Assembly (NCBI GenBank): GCA_049591495.1
Contig: JBAWFB010000040.1
Coordinates: forward strand, 3,752-67,751
DNA from: Solirubrobacteraceae bacterium
GTDB lineage: Bacteria; Actinomycetota; Thermoleophilia; Solirubrobacterales; Solirubrobacteraceae
Direction of reading: 5' to 3'
Length of the DNA: 64,000 nucleotides
Shown here: piece by piece, positions 9,346 to 19,032 of the stretch
How positions within the stretch are numbered: the first letter of the stretch is position 1
Layout: each line of letters starts with the position of its first letter
Position numbers and translations under genes: made by a program
Notes under the pieces: model-generated
What the model saw: only the letters and a program-made list of their open reading frames with translations
What the model was told of the DNA's origin: nothing
The model's database searches: none

Positions 9346-10857
9346 GTGACCCCGGACACACTCGACGGCGAGGTCCAGCGGGCCGACACGATCACGCGCA
9401 ACGCCGCGTTCTCCTTCCTCGCGCAGATGACGGGCTCGGTGTTCACCGCTGGTTTGACCATCTTCCTTGCGCGCAAGCTGGGATCGAGCGGTTACGGGAT
9501 TCTATCGCTGGCCTTTGGCATCGCTGGGCTCGTCATGTTGCCGTCGGATTTTGGGGTCTCCAACTCCGTCTCCCGCTTCGTGGCAGAGCACCGGACAGAT
9601 CGTCTTCGAGTGGCAGCGGTGATGGCGGACGGCCTGCGGTTGAAGCTCATGGCGAGCACCGTGATCTCCGTGCTGCTCTTTGCGCTTGCCGCCCCAATCG
9701 CCTCGGCATATGACATTCATGCGCTGGTCTGGCCCATCCGTGGGGCCGCCGTGGCGCTATTCGGACAAAGCCTGATGATGATGGGTGCGGTGTTCCTCGC
9801 GACGGGGCGCGCCGATCTTCAATGGCGCACGGCCTTCGGCGAGAGCTCTATCGAAACGACGGCCAGCATCGCGCTCGTGCTTGCCGGCGCCGGCGCCACT
9901 GGAGCGGCGTTTGGCCAGGCAATCGGATATCTAGTCGGTGCAACGCTGACGATTTCCCTACTGGTGGGGCTGCTGGGGAAGGCGATATTGCCCCGTAGCC
10001 TGCGTTTTGGCCCCGACGCAAAGCGAATCGCTACCTACGCCGGCATTCTGTTGATCGTCGACGGAGCGTACACGGCGTACAGCCAGGTCGATGTGTTGAT
10101 CATCGGGAGCTACCTTGGTGCGAGCGCGGCCGGAATTTTCAGTGCGCCGATGCGGCTGATCGCGTTTCTCGCCTACCCCGGTAACGCGATGGCGAACGGA
10201 GTGGCGCCCAGGCTCGCGCGTAGTGAGCATGCCGAGCCGAACGTGTCGGCATTCCTGACCGCATTGAGACTGTTGCTCATCATTCAGGCGGCCGTGACGG
10301 CATTCGTGCTCGGGTGGGCGCCGCTACTGGTGAAGATCGGTCTCGGAGGGGACTTCAAAGAATCGGCAACCGTGCTGCGCGCGCTTGCGCCGCTTGTCTT
10401 CATGAGTGGCTTCGGGTCGCTGGTGTCGATCTCCGCCAACTACCTCGGCGAAGCAAGGCGACGTGTCCCGATAGCGCTTATGACGGTGGTCATAAACGTT
10501 GTGCTCGATCTCCTGCTCGTGCCTCGTATCGGCGTGGTGGGCGCCTGCATCGGGACCGATGCTGCCTTTGCGCTGTACGCACCGGCGCATCTGGTCATCT
10601 GTCAGCGCGCGCTGCAACTCGACCTGCGGCCTGCGGCTCGAACATTCATGCGCACGACTCTTGCCGGTGGGGCACTGACAGGCATACTTCTCTTGTTTGG
10701 GGACTCACTGACTCATTTCTGGTGGATCCCGGTGGGGGGTTTGGTCGGAGGCGCGGCTTTTACCGCCGTGCTCTGGCTCACCGGCGAGGCCACCGCTTCG
10801 GAAATGCGAATCGTGCTCACACGCGTGCCCGTCCTCCGGCGTCTGGTCAACGGGTAG
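9346..10857 (+). CDS. Polysaccharide flippase (Wzx / MOP superfamily)
   Basis: About 12-14 predicted TM helices. The N-terminus RNAAFSFLAQMTGSVFTAGLTIFLARKLGSSGYGILSLAF is typical of polysaccharide biosynthesis/flippase proteins. GTG start. Confidence 0.8.
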   Translation: MTPDTLDGEVQRADTITRNAAFSFLAQMTGSVFTAGLTIFLARKLGSSGYGILSLAFGIAGLVMLPSDFGVSNSVSRFVAEHRTDRLRVAAVMADGLRLKLMASTVISVLLFALAAPIASAYDIHALVWPIRGAAVALFGQSLMMMGAVFLATGRADLQWRTAFGESSIETTASIALVLAGAGATGAAFGQAIGYLVGATLTISLLVGLLGKAILPRSLRFGPDAKRIATYAGILLIVDGAYTAYSQVDVLIIGSYLGASAAGIFSAPMRLIAFLAYPGNAMANGVAPRLARSEHAEPNVSAFLTALRLLLIIQAAVTAFVLGWAPLLVKIGLGGDFKESATVLRALAPLVFMSGFGSLVSISANYLGEARRRVPIALMTVVINVVLDLLLVPRIGVVGACIGTDAAFALYAPAHLVICQRALQLDLRPAARTFMRTTLAGGALTGILLLFGDSLTHFWWIPVGGLVGGAAFTAVLWLTGEATASEMRIVLTRVPVLRRLVNG

Positions 10858-12043
10858 GGCTGGCGCTCCGATCTCGGTGCGCCTCCAACAGCTCTAGATA
10901 GAGCGCCTCAAGGCGGTGGACCAGCACATCGATGTCGAACTCGGCACGCTGTCGCTCTCGTCCGCGATCTCCCATCGCGCGGGCGCGCTCGGGATCTTCG
11001 AGCAGCTCGGTGAGCGCGGCGGCGAGAGCAGGTGGATCGCGTGGCGGCACGAGCAGCCCATGGACCCCCGGTTCGATCAGGTCCGGCACGCCCCCAACGG
11101 TTGTGGCCGCTACTGCCAATCCCGCCTGCATGTACTCCATCACCGAAAGAGGACTGCCCTCGGAGTCAGAGCAGCACACCGCCACGTCCAGGGCTTGCAG
11201 GATGTCGGGCACGTCCGGGCGACGACCCAGCAGATGCACCGTTCCATCCAACCCCAGCTCCTGTATCAGGGCCTCCAGTGCGTTGCGCTCAGGTCCTTCG
11301 CCGGCGATCAAGACCTGAACATCCGGTCGACGCTGCACAAGTATTGCCACCGCGCGGAAGAGCACGTCGAAGGACTTGACAGGCAAGAGCGATCCAATCG
11401 AGCCGATCACCGGCACGGTGGGCGCAATGCCGAGCTCGGCGCGCACATCGTGTCCAGCGGTCGGCTCAGCACGCGATATGCCGTTGGGAACGAACAGGGT
11501 CCGCTCCTGCGCAATGCCCTCGACTGCGACCATGCGCCGCTGGTCCTCTCTGGAGACGGCGATCAACCGGTCGGCTCTGCGGCTGATGATCTCGCGATCG
11601 ATGATCCTGCGCATGGGTTGGCCTTGATAAGACCAGGAGTGCTCGTGAGCGAGCACCACCGGCACGCCGGCCGTCCTACCCACCATCGCGCCCCACACAT
11701 TGGAGCCGAACTTGTGTGCGTGCAGCACATCGATCCGATGACGCCGCAGGAAGGAGAACAGCCGCCCCCATACCCAAACGTCGGCCTTTCCGCTACGACC
11801 CAGCGGCAGCAGCCTCACGCCGTTTGCGGACAGCTGCTCAAGCGTTTCCGGGGCCGATGCCTGCAGTGACTCCCTCATCGGCCAGCGGCTCGAGCACAGG
11901 GTTGACTCGAAGCGCTCAGGGTCCAGATGAGTGGCGATCGACAGAGCGAGATGCTCAGCGCCGCCGTAACGTGTGGCGTAGTCGACAAGTGTCACCACGC
12001 GCACGCGCTCTTTTGAGCGGTTTGGGGGAGCAGCCGGTCTCAT
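10847..12043 (-). CDS. Glycosyltransferase family 4
   Basis: Motifs VVTLVDYATRYGGAEHLAL and SDSEGSPLSVMEYMQAGLAVAATTVGGVPDLI are present. I prefer the ATG at 12043, because the ORF-track start at 12145 would overlap the deacetylase gene by 43 nt. Confidence 0.85.
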   Translation of the reverse strand: MRPAAPPNRSKERVRVVTLVDYATRYGGAEHLALSIATHLDPERFESTLCSSRWPMRESLQASAPETLEQLSANGVRLLPLGRSGKADVWVWGRLFSFLRRHRIDVLHAHKFGSNVWGAMVGRTAGVPVVLAHEHSWSYQGQPMRRIIDREIISRRADRLIAVSREDQRRMVAVEGIAQERTLFVPNGISRAEPTAGHDVRAELGIAPTVPVIGSIGSLLPVKSFDVLFRAVAILVQRRPDVQVLIAGEGPERNALEALIQELGLDGTVHLLGRRPDVPDILQALDVAVCCSDSEGSPLSVMEYMQAGLAVAATTVGGVPDLIEPGVHGLLVPPRDPPALAAALTELLEDPERARAMGDRGRERQRAEFDIDVLVHRLEALYLELLEAHRDRSASPTR

Positions 12044-12102
12044 CGGGGGAGCATCGTATGGGCTGAGGGTGTCAGCTGCGACGCACCCGGACGACAGCCC
12101 GG

Positions 12103-12867
12103 TTAGGCCTGCGTGCGGCGACGAAGACCGTCCACGGCGTCCCACGCTGCTGAGCGGCGCAGACGAGTTATGACCGGCGACACCTTCAAGCGAAAGCGCA
12201 TGTCGTCATCTCTGTGGTAGACACCGACACGCGGCCACTCCAGTGCTGCACGGGAGTGTTGACGACTCGGCAGCGTTGCCGCGGTGCGATAGCCCGCGCT
12301 TCCAGTCTGCGCCACGACGCGCGCATCGAAGTCGCCGTAGGGATATGCCAGTGACGTGCACGGGCTGTCCAGGTGGTGCTCACACGCCGCCTTCGAACGT
12401 GTCAGCTCGTCCAAAAGCGTGTCGTCGTCGATCTGCGTGAGGTGGGGGTGGGAACCAGTGTGTGAGCCAATCTCCCATCCCGCTTGCGCGAGCGCTCGCA
12501 GCTCCTCCCAGGACATCGGCGTCAGCTCACGCTCGTGGGGGCCGCCGAGCCATCGATCGATCCCGAGCCACTTCATCGGCTGCTCGGAACCGATGAAGTC
12601 GGTGGGCGCGAATACGGTCGCTACGAGTCCAAGGCGTTGGAGGATTGGCAGTCCGAGCTCGAGCACCGAGCGATAGGCGTCGTCGAAGGTGACGGCGACC
12701 ACCCGTCCTCTCGGCGAGGCGCTGGCGGCCTCTGTGAAGGTCACGCCACGGTAGCCGCGCGACACGAGCAGTTTGAGCTGGCGTTCAAAGCGCTCCGGGG
12801 TGGTCGACAGATCGGCCTCCCATGTGGGGCTCAGGGCGTGGTAGCAGAGGACGATTGAGTCGTTCAT
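12103..12867 (-). CDS. Polysaccharide deacetylase (NodB homology domain, CE4)
   Basis: NodB motifs are VAVTFDDAYRSV, GSHTGSHPHL and LAYPYGD. The ATG at 12867 (MNDSIVLCYHAL) is preferred; the alternative is 12963. Confidence 0.85.
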   Translation of the reverse strand: MNDSIVLCYHALSPTWEADLSTTPERFERQLKLLVSRGYRGVTFTEAASASPRGRVVAVTFDDAYRSVLELGLPILQRLGLVATVFAPTDFIGSEQPMKWLGIDRWLGGPHERELTPMSWEELRALAQAGWEIGSHTGSHPHLTQIDDDTLLDELTRSKAACEHHLDSPCTSLAYPYGDFDARVVAQTGSAGYRTAATLPSRQHSRAALEWPRVGVYHRDDDMRFRLKVSPVITRLRRSAAWDAVDGLRRRTQA

Positions 12868-12995
12868 GGCAATCAACAACAGGGCGTGATGACGGATACC
12901 ATGATCGATCTTCGCCGTCGATGCATGTAGCCCTTGGTCGGCTTTCCCGCCGACCGTCGTCATATACGGCCTGTGGAACCGAACAAAGGCTAGAC

Positions 12996-14219
12996 ATGAT
13001 TACCGACCAAGTATCAAGCTCACCCACATCGGGGGCCAGAATCGAGCGCGAGTCCGAGCCAGAGCGCGAGCGCGAGTCCGCGTCTGAGCGCGAGCCCGAG
13101 CGTGAGTTTGCATCTGAGCGCGAGTCCGAGCGCGTCGACATCAGCGTTCTGATCCCTGTGCTCAACGAGGAGCGTCATATTCGCGAGGCGGTTGTCGCTA
13201 TGCAGGCTCAACAGCTGGACGGCGTCTTTGAGCTGCTGTTCGCAGATGGGCACTCGACGGATCGCACGCGCGAGATCCTGCTCGAGCTCGCACAGGAGGA
13301 CCCGCGCATCCGTGTGCTCAGCAATCCGATTGGGCACACCGCGAGCGGTCTCAACATCTGCCTGAGCGCGGCTCGCGGCGAGTTCGTGGCACGGATGGAC
13401 GCGCACACCTACTACCCACCCCGCTATCTCGCCGCCGGCATCGAGCGTTTGCGGCAGGGAGACACAGTGTGGGTCAGCGGACCGCAGGTGCCTTGGCCGA
13501 CAGGCCCGATCTCGCGCGCTGTGTCGTTGGCTTTGGCCTCCTGGCTGGGGCGCGGAGGATCTCGCAAGTGGAGCGAGGACGACGCCGATGGTGGTGAGGA
13601 GCACGATCTCGACACGGGCGTGTTTGGCGGCGTGTGGAGGCGTGAGGTGGTGCTCGACATCGGCGGCTGGGACGAGCGCTGGCCCATCAACCAGGATTCA
13701 GAGATGGCCGCTCGCTTCCTGCGCCGCGGCGAGCGGCTTGTGTGCATACCGGCCATGGCGGCCCGCTACACGCCACGCGATTCGCTGCGCGGTCTGGCGC
13801 GTCAGTACTTTCGCTACGGCCAGTACAGAGCCCGGACGTTTCGCCATCATCCTCACAGCATGCGGCCCTCCCATCTGATCGCCCCCGCGCTCGCGGGAGC
13901 GCTGCTCGCGACGGTGCTGGCGCCCCGATTTCTGCGACGGCCGGCGAGGTTTGCCATCGCGGCCTACCTTGCGGCCGTTGGTGCGACTGCCGCCACGACG
14001 GCGATGCGGCGCGAGCAGCGGACCGAGGGGGCGCTGCTGACAGCCGCCTTGCCGACCATGCATTTCGCGTGGGGCTTCGGCACGCTTGTGGGAATGATCC
14101 GATTCGGGTTGCCGACGGCGGCCCTTGCGGCCTTGGTTGGTCGCAAGCCCATTGCAGCGGATGCGAGCCGCGATGCCGAACCGGTGTACGCGCCCTCTCT
14201 GCGCCGCGAGGCTGCCTGA
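12996..14219 (+). CDS. Glycosyltransferase family 2 with acidic repeat N-terminus and C-terminal TM helices
   Basis: ISVLIPVLNEERHIREAVVAMQAQQ...LLFADGHSTDRT...ARMDAH is GT2-like. The ATG at 12996 is preferred. The N-terminus is ERESEPERERESASEREPEREFASERESER. Confidence 0.85.
   Translation: MITDQVSSSPTSGARIERESEPERERESASEREPEREFASERESERVDISVLIPVLNEERHIREAVVAMQAQQLDGVFELLFADGHSTDRTREILLELAQEDPRIRVLSNPIGHTASGLNICLSAARGEFVARMDAHTYYPPRYLAAGIERLRQGDTVWVSGPQVPWPTGPISRAVSLALASWLGRGGSRKWSEDDADGGEEHDLDTGVFGGVWRREVVLDIGGWDERWPINQDSEMAARFLRRGERLVCIPAMAARYTPRDSLRGLARQYFRYGQYRARTFRHHPHSMRPSHLIAPALAGALLATVLAPRFLRRPARFAIAAYLAAVGATAATTAMRREQRTEGALLTAALPTMHFAWGFGTLVGMIRFGLPTAALAALVGRKPIAADASRDAEPVYAPSLRREAA
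13041..13135 (+). repeat. Imperfect short tandem repeat (gagcgcgag/tccgag-type units), in frame, encoding Glu/Arg/Ser repeats
   Basis: Read directly: gagcgcgagtccgagccagagcgcgagcgcgagtccgcgtctgagcgcgagcccgagcgtgag...tctgagcgcgagtccgagcgc. Confidence 0.8.
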
Positions 14220-14222
14220 AGC

Positions 14223-15401
14223 GTGCGGCTCGCCGTCTACACAGACTACGAGTATCGCTCAGACGGAGAGCGTCGCTACGGCCAGCGCGCGTTCGTGATC
14301 TTCCTGGAGGCACTGCGTCCTCATGTCGACCGGCTGGTGCTCGTTGGGCGTCTGGATCCAAAGCCGGGACGCTCGCACTATCCGCTTCACGAGGACACCG
14401 AGCTCGTCGGCCTGCCTCACTACGCCAGCCTCGCTCGGCCGTGGTCTGTCGTGCGCTCTTTGCTTGCTTCAGCGCATCGCTTCTGGCGGTTGCTCGACGA
14501 GGTCGACACGGTCTGGGTACTCGGTCCCTATCCGCACGCGATCATGTTTGCCTTGATCGCCGCGCTGAGGAGGCGGCGCGTCGTGCTCGGAGTGCGCCAG
14601 GACACGAGTGTCTACATCCGTAGCCGACGTCCGGGCCAACGCTGGATGCACGTCGGAGCGGATCTGCTCGAGGCCGTCTGGAAGCTGCTGGCGCGTCGTC
14701 ACGCGGTGGTGGTGGTGGGCCCCGAGCTTGCGCGCAAGTACAAGCATGCTCGAAGGGTCCTGGCGATCAATGTGTCGCTGGTCACTGCCAAAGAGGTGAT
14801 CTCGGCGGAGGATTTGCATGAGAAGTCCTATGAGCAGGAGCTGATTGTCCTCACGGTCGGGCGTCTGGATAGCGAGAAGAACCCGCTGCTCCTAGCTGAC
14901 GTGATGGCTCTGCTGCAGGCGGGAGAGCACAGCTGGCGGATCATCGTCTGTGGTGACGGTCCAATGCGACCCCAGCTTGAAGGCCGCCTGGCAGAGTTGG
15001 GGGTGCTCGACAACGTAGAGCTGCGCGGGTACGTGCCAATCGATGACGGGCTGCTGGAGCTGTATCGCCGTAGCCACATGTTCCTCCATGTCTCTTGGAC
15101 AGAGGGCTTCCCGCAGGTCTTGATCGAGGCATTTGCGGCAGGGCTGCCGGTAGTCGCAACCGCGGTTGGGGGAGTCCCTGCGGCGGCGGAGGGCACGGCA
15201 CTGCTGGTCCCGCCCGGCGACCCTCAGGCAGCAGCGGACGCGCTGGGACAGCTTGCTGCCGATTCAGGGTTGCGCGAACAACTTGTGTCCGGGGCGCTGG
15301 AGCGCGCGCGGGGGTGCACTCTGGAGGCAGAAACAGAACGTCTGGCGCAGTTTATCGGCACCGCCCCATTGGTTGGCTCCATCCGTAGCGGGCAGGAGTA
15401 G
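14223..15401 (+). CDS. Glycosyltransferase family 4
   Basis: It has the motif SWTEGFPQVLIEAFAAGLPVVATAVGGVP. The GTG start lies 1 nt after the preceding stop. Confidence 0.85.
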   Translation: MRLAVYTDYEYRSDGERRYGQRAFVIFLEALRPHVDRLVLVGRLDPKPGRSHYPLHEDTELVGLPHYASLARPWSVVRSLLASAHRFWRLLDEVDTVWVLGPYPHAIMFALIAALRRRRVVLGVRQDTSVYIRSRRPGQRWMHVGADLLEAVWKLLARRHAVVVVGPELARKYKHARRVLAINVSLVTAKEVISAEDLHEKSYEQELIVLTVGRLDSEKNPLLLADVMALLQAGEHSWRIIVCGDGPMRPQLEGRLAELGVLDNVELRGYVPIDDGLLELYRRSHMFLHVSWTEGFPQVLIEAFAAGLPVVATAVGGVPAAAEGTALLVPPGDPQAAADALGQLAADSGLREQLVSGALERARGCTLEAETERLAQFIGTAPLVGSIRSGQE

Positions 15402-15450
15402 ATCTGGGTAGGTGTGGGGCTGGACGGGTGTGAGGCTGGTGGGCAAAAAC

Positions 15451-16614
15451 TCACGTTCGTGTCGATGAGACCCGCTTCCGAAAGGCACGCAACCGCTCGA
15501 CGTTATCCGCAGGCAGCAGCCGCTTGGTGCTCTGGAGCACCCTTCGACTTGTGACGGCAGGTACGGCATGCGCGAGCGCCAGTGGCAACTGTGACCCAAA
15601 GGGGAGCAACACCTCCCACGTGGCCGCGTCGCTGCCGTTGGCAAAGCTACGCTTGTAGTCAACGCGGCCCCACCCGAGGCTGAAACGATGGTCATTGTGG
15701 CGAAATCCCTGCTCGATGGTGCTCAGCAGCGACAGACGCGCAGGGCTCAGATGCTTGAAGCGTTCGTCCCAACCGACGTTGACACCGATCATCTCACCTC
15801 CTGCCGCGAGGCACAGGTCGGCGCAGATCGGCTCTCCGTTGATCTCGAGCACCAGCAGGCGAAAGCGTTCTTCGGGCAACAACGCTTGCGCCATCTCGCC
15901 GAGCATCAGCGGTAGGCGCTCGCCGAGTGTCACCAGTCGCGATACGCCGCGTCCTTCCCAGCGGGATGAATGCAGCCGCGTGAATGTCTGAATGTCCGCG
16001 GTCACAGTGGCGGGTGTGCTGATTCGCTCGGTCCCACCCTCTTGTTCGAAGCGTCGTCGGGAGCGGCGGCAGTTACCGCGAAAACGTGAGCTGCGCGCCT
16101 GCAGCCACGCGTCGAAAGACTCGTGTTGCAGCGACACGGTTGGAACCTCCAACAGATTGGAGCGGTAGGCAAGGGGGCGCAGGCGTCCCGGCCAGCGTTC
16201 GCGCAACGCCATGGTCCATGGGGACGTCACCGGCAGCGGTCCCAGCTCTATGGCAGATGGCTGTGGCTTTGCTGCAATCAACGTATGTGCCACAGCTTCG
16301 GCGACCTCCCAAACACGATTGGGAAGCGCAAGCGGCGTCACATAGCCTGAGAAATCACTGGCCAGCAGACGGTGGCATCCATTGAGTCCGGGCCTTCCGA
16401 GATCAGTGTATAGGGGCGCTATACCTATCAGCTGTCCCTGATCGTGGACTGCCACAACGCGTAGTTGTGCATCGCGGGGCGCCACGTGACGCCACCATCC
16501 GAGCATCCATGCGGGTCCCGACTCTGGTGCGGCGTTTGCTACGGCGAGCGCATCCCAGGCATCGGAAAGCTTTTCCAATCGAGGCAGGTCGCAAATCAGC
16601 TCCGCCTCGCTCAT
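15451..16614 (-). CDS. Fem/CelD-like (BioF2-like GNAT, Acetyltransf_6-type) transferase, paralogue 1
   Basis: The N-terminus ...WDALAVANAAPESGPAWMLGWWRH and the mid-region FTRLHSSRW are typical of the CelD / FemAB-related EPS-associated family. It is highly similar to paralogue 2. Confidence 0.75.
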   Translation of the reverse strand: MSEAELICDLPRLEKLSDAWDALAVANAAPESGPAWMLGWWRHVAPRDAQLRVVAVHDQGQLIGIAPLYTDLGRPGLNGCHRLLASDFSGYVTPLALPNRVWEVAEAVAHTLIAAKPQPSAIELGPLPVTSPWTMALRERWPGRLRPLAYRSNLLEVPTVSLQHESFDAWLQARSSRFRGNCRRSRRRFEQEGGTERISTPATVTADIQTFTRLHSSRWEGRGVSRLVTLGERLPLMLGEMAQALLPEERFRLLVLEINGEPICADLCLAAGGEMIGVNVGWDERFKHLSPARLSLLSTIEQGFRHNDHRFSLGWGRVDYKRSFANGSDAATWEVLLPFGSQLPLALAHAVPAVTSRRVLQSTKRLLPADNVERLRAFRKRVSSTRT

Positions 16615-17783
16615 CCTGGGCTCCGTCGCACGCGCCTCAAGAGACCCCTGGCCTTCTCGACCTCGTCGTCGGACAATGCTTGTCTGAGGATCCGCCGCAG
16701 CTGACGACTCGTGACGTCAGACGCGAGCAGGGTCTGCGCAAGCCGTGGACTGCCCGGAAGCAACACGCTCTCGGCGACCGGGTTGTTTCCGTCGGCAAAC
16801 CCAAGCTTATAAGCGCTTATTCCCCGCCCGAGACGGTAGCTCGCTTCCCTCCCGAGGCTGTAGCGGTGCTCGTTGCGCGCAAAAGCGTCCTCGAGCGTGT
16901 AAAGCAGGGCCAGGTGCGCGGGGCTGAATTGCTTGAAGCGCTCATCCCAACCGGTGTTGACGCCGACGAGCTCCCCGCCGGCGGCGAGTGTCAGTTGCGT
17001 GCCGACCGGCTCTCCATCCAGTTCGAGCAGCAGCAAGCGGAAGCGCTCAGTGGGAAGGAGTGCCTGCGCCAGATCACCCAGCAATACAGGTAGCCGGTCT
17101 CCCAGAGCCACGAGGCGCGACTCGCCAAGCGGTTGCCAACGGCTGGCGTGCAGAGCTATGAACTTCTGGATATCGGCTGTGACTGTCTCGGCGGTGCTCA
17201 TTCGCGCTGTGCCACCTGCTCGCTCGAACTGCCTGCGCCGCTTACGGGCGTTGGCGCGAAAGCTGGAGCCACGGGTGCTCAGCCACTCTTCCAGGGAGTC
17301 GTGGTGAAGTGAGATTGTCGGCGCATCCGCGACTGAGTGACGCAATACAAGCGGTCGAATACGACCCGGCCAGACGTCGGGGAGCGCAGCAGTCCACAGG
17401 GAATTTGCGGGGAGGGGCGCGAGAGCCAGCGAGCCGAGGCGTGGCTGTGACTGTCGGAGCAACTCCGCGGCCACTTCAGAGACCTCCCATGCTCGATCTA
17501 TCCGTGCCAGTGGCGTCACTGAGGAAGTGAAATCGTGAGCCAGCATCCGATAGCTATGTGGTTCGATGGGCTCTACACAAAGCGGGACGATCCCGATCAG
17601 CTCGTCCTTGTCATGAACTGCCACGACCCGCAGATGTGCGCCGGGTGGCGCCACATGACGCCACCATCCGAGCATCCACGCTGGCCCCGATGTTGGCTCT
17701 GCGTTGGCCACGGCAAGGGCATCCCAGCCCTCTTCCAATGCTTCCAGTCGCCCCGTGTCGGCAATCAGCTCGGCCTCGCTCAT
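16611..17783 (-). CDS. Fem/CelD-like transferase, paralogue 2
   Basis: MSEAELIADTGRLEALEEGWDALAVANAEPTSGPAWMLGWWRHVAP is near-identical in pattern to paralogue 1. Its stop overlaps the start of paralogue 1 by 4 nt. Confidence 0.75.
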   Translation of the reverse strand: MSEAELIADTGRLEALEEGWDALAVANAEPTSGPAWMLGWWRHVAPPGAHLRVVAVHDKDELIGIVPLCVEPIEPHSYRMLAHDFTSSVTPLARIDRAWEVSEVAAELLRQSQPRLGSLALAPLPANSLWTAALPDVWPGRIRPLVLRHSVADAPTISLHHDSLEEWLSTRGSSFRANARKRRRQFERAGGTARMSTAETVTADIQKFIALHASRWQPLGESRLVALGDRLPVLLGDLAQALLPTERFRLLLLELDGEPVGTQLTLAAGGELVGVNTGWDERFKQFSPAHLALLYTLEDAFARNEHRYSLGREASYRLGRGISAYKLGFADGNNPVAESVLLPGSPRLAQTLLASDVTSRQLRRILRQALSDDEVEKARGLLRRVRRSPG

Positions 17784-18946
17784 TCCCGGCCCACTGTATT
17801 TGCTGGGGCCGGCCGACGGTTTGAGGAGCCGTCTGCCGCGCCTTCGGAGGTCATACCGCGTCTACGGCGCAAGGCGTCGGCGAGGGCGGTATTGCGCAAT
17901 CTCAGATCGATCGTGCCGACTGTGCCGACTATCCTGCCTCGCGGCGTGGGGCTCGCGACGACAAGGCGCGTCAACTCCCGGTCGATGGCACCCAAGCGGT
18001 ACTTGTATTCATCGCGCCCCGGACCGAGGTCCAGCTCTGTGCGGCCCTCGACGATCGCTTCGAGGATCGCATGGCGCTCCAGCGAAGACCCTGGGCTGAG
18101 AGCCATGTGGCCCTCGCCAAGGCCGAGCAGATAACTGTGCTCGCGCGGTCCTTGGACGAGGTTTAGGCGCATCACCAGGGTTTGGCCGTCGACCTCCAGG
18201 GTCCACAGCCGAGCCCCTTCGGGTATGAGCCCGCGCACGGCGTCGACGATAAAGCGCTCGTAGCGCGCATCCATGTGCGCGTGGCGCTGACCCTGAGCTC
18301 TCGCCCGCGAGCGGCGCAGGGCCAGCAGCTCCAGTACCGCGGGCTCGATCTCCTCTGGAGCGCACACCAAGCGTGGCGATGCGCCCAGCTCGAGCAGGCG
18401 CCGCCACTTACGGCGCTGAGTGCTGCGCTGCTTGCTCCCGAAGTGCGATTCGAATGTCGCGCCATCCTCCGGGAGCGTGAGAAAGGGCTGGAGTCGAAGG
18501 TCGTGCGCGCTGGCTTTCAGGTTGCCGTGACCATTCAGCAGTTGTTGTGCAAGGCATGAGTTTGTCGGCAAGCGCCTCACGCGCCATACGTCCCACTCCC
18601 GGCGGCGGGCAGCCAGCTCATTCAGCAGCAACGTGCTGAACTCGGGCTCCACGCCGGGAGCGCAAAGCAGGGTGTCGATGCCATTCCAGGTGTCGCCGGC
18701 GAATGTCAGTGTGCGGGCGAGGGGAGTCCGTCTGCACGCAAGCAGTGCAAGACCCAGCAGAGATTCGTCGGAGTCCTCCAGCGAGAGGCACCAGGGTTCC
18801 TGATCATTTCCATAGGCACGCCACCACGCCATGATCCACGCTGGATCGGCAAACGCTGTCGGGAACTCGCTGTTGACAGCGAGCTGACGCCACTCGGCGC
18901 GGCGGCGCTCCAGCTCCTTAAGATCTATCCAGCGACAGGCTCCCAC
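17780..18946 (-). CDS. Fem/CelD-like transferase, paralogue 3 (more divergent)
   Basis: WRQLAVNSEFPTAFADPAWIMAWWRAYG aligns with the paralogues. I prefer the GTG at 18946, which gives 388 aa like the paralogues. The ORF-track start at 19132 would overlap the divergent gene. Its stop overlaps the start of paralogue 2 by 4 nt. Confidence 0.65.
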   Translation of the reverse strand: MGACRWIDLKELERRRAEWRQLAVNSEFPTAFADPAWIMAWWRAYGNDQEPWCLSLEDSDESLLGLALLACRRTPLARTLTFAGDTWNGIDTLLCAPGVEPEFSTLLLNELAARRREWDVWRVRRLPTNSCLAQQLLNGHGNLKASAHDLRLQPFLTLPEDGATFESHFGSKQRSTQRRKWRRLLELGASPRLVCAPEEIEPAVLELLALRRSRARAQGQRHAHMDARYERFIVDAVRGLIPEGARLWTLEVDGQTLVMRLNLVQGPREHSYLLGLGEGHMALSPGSSLERHAILEAIVEGRTELDLGPGRDEYKYRLGAIDRELTRLVVASPTPRGRIVGTVGTIDLRLRNTALADALRRRRGMTSEGAADGSSNRRPAPANTVGRE

Positions 18947-19032
18947 TGCTCGATAGCCTACGGGCTGCTTCAGCAGTTGCGAGGTGCGGGTGCGGGAGAC
19001 TCCCGTCGTCGTTCTCACATAAGGTCTGAGAC

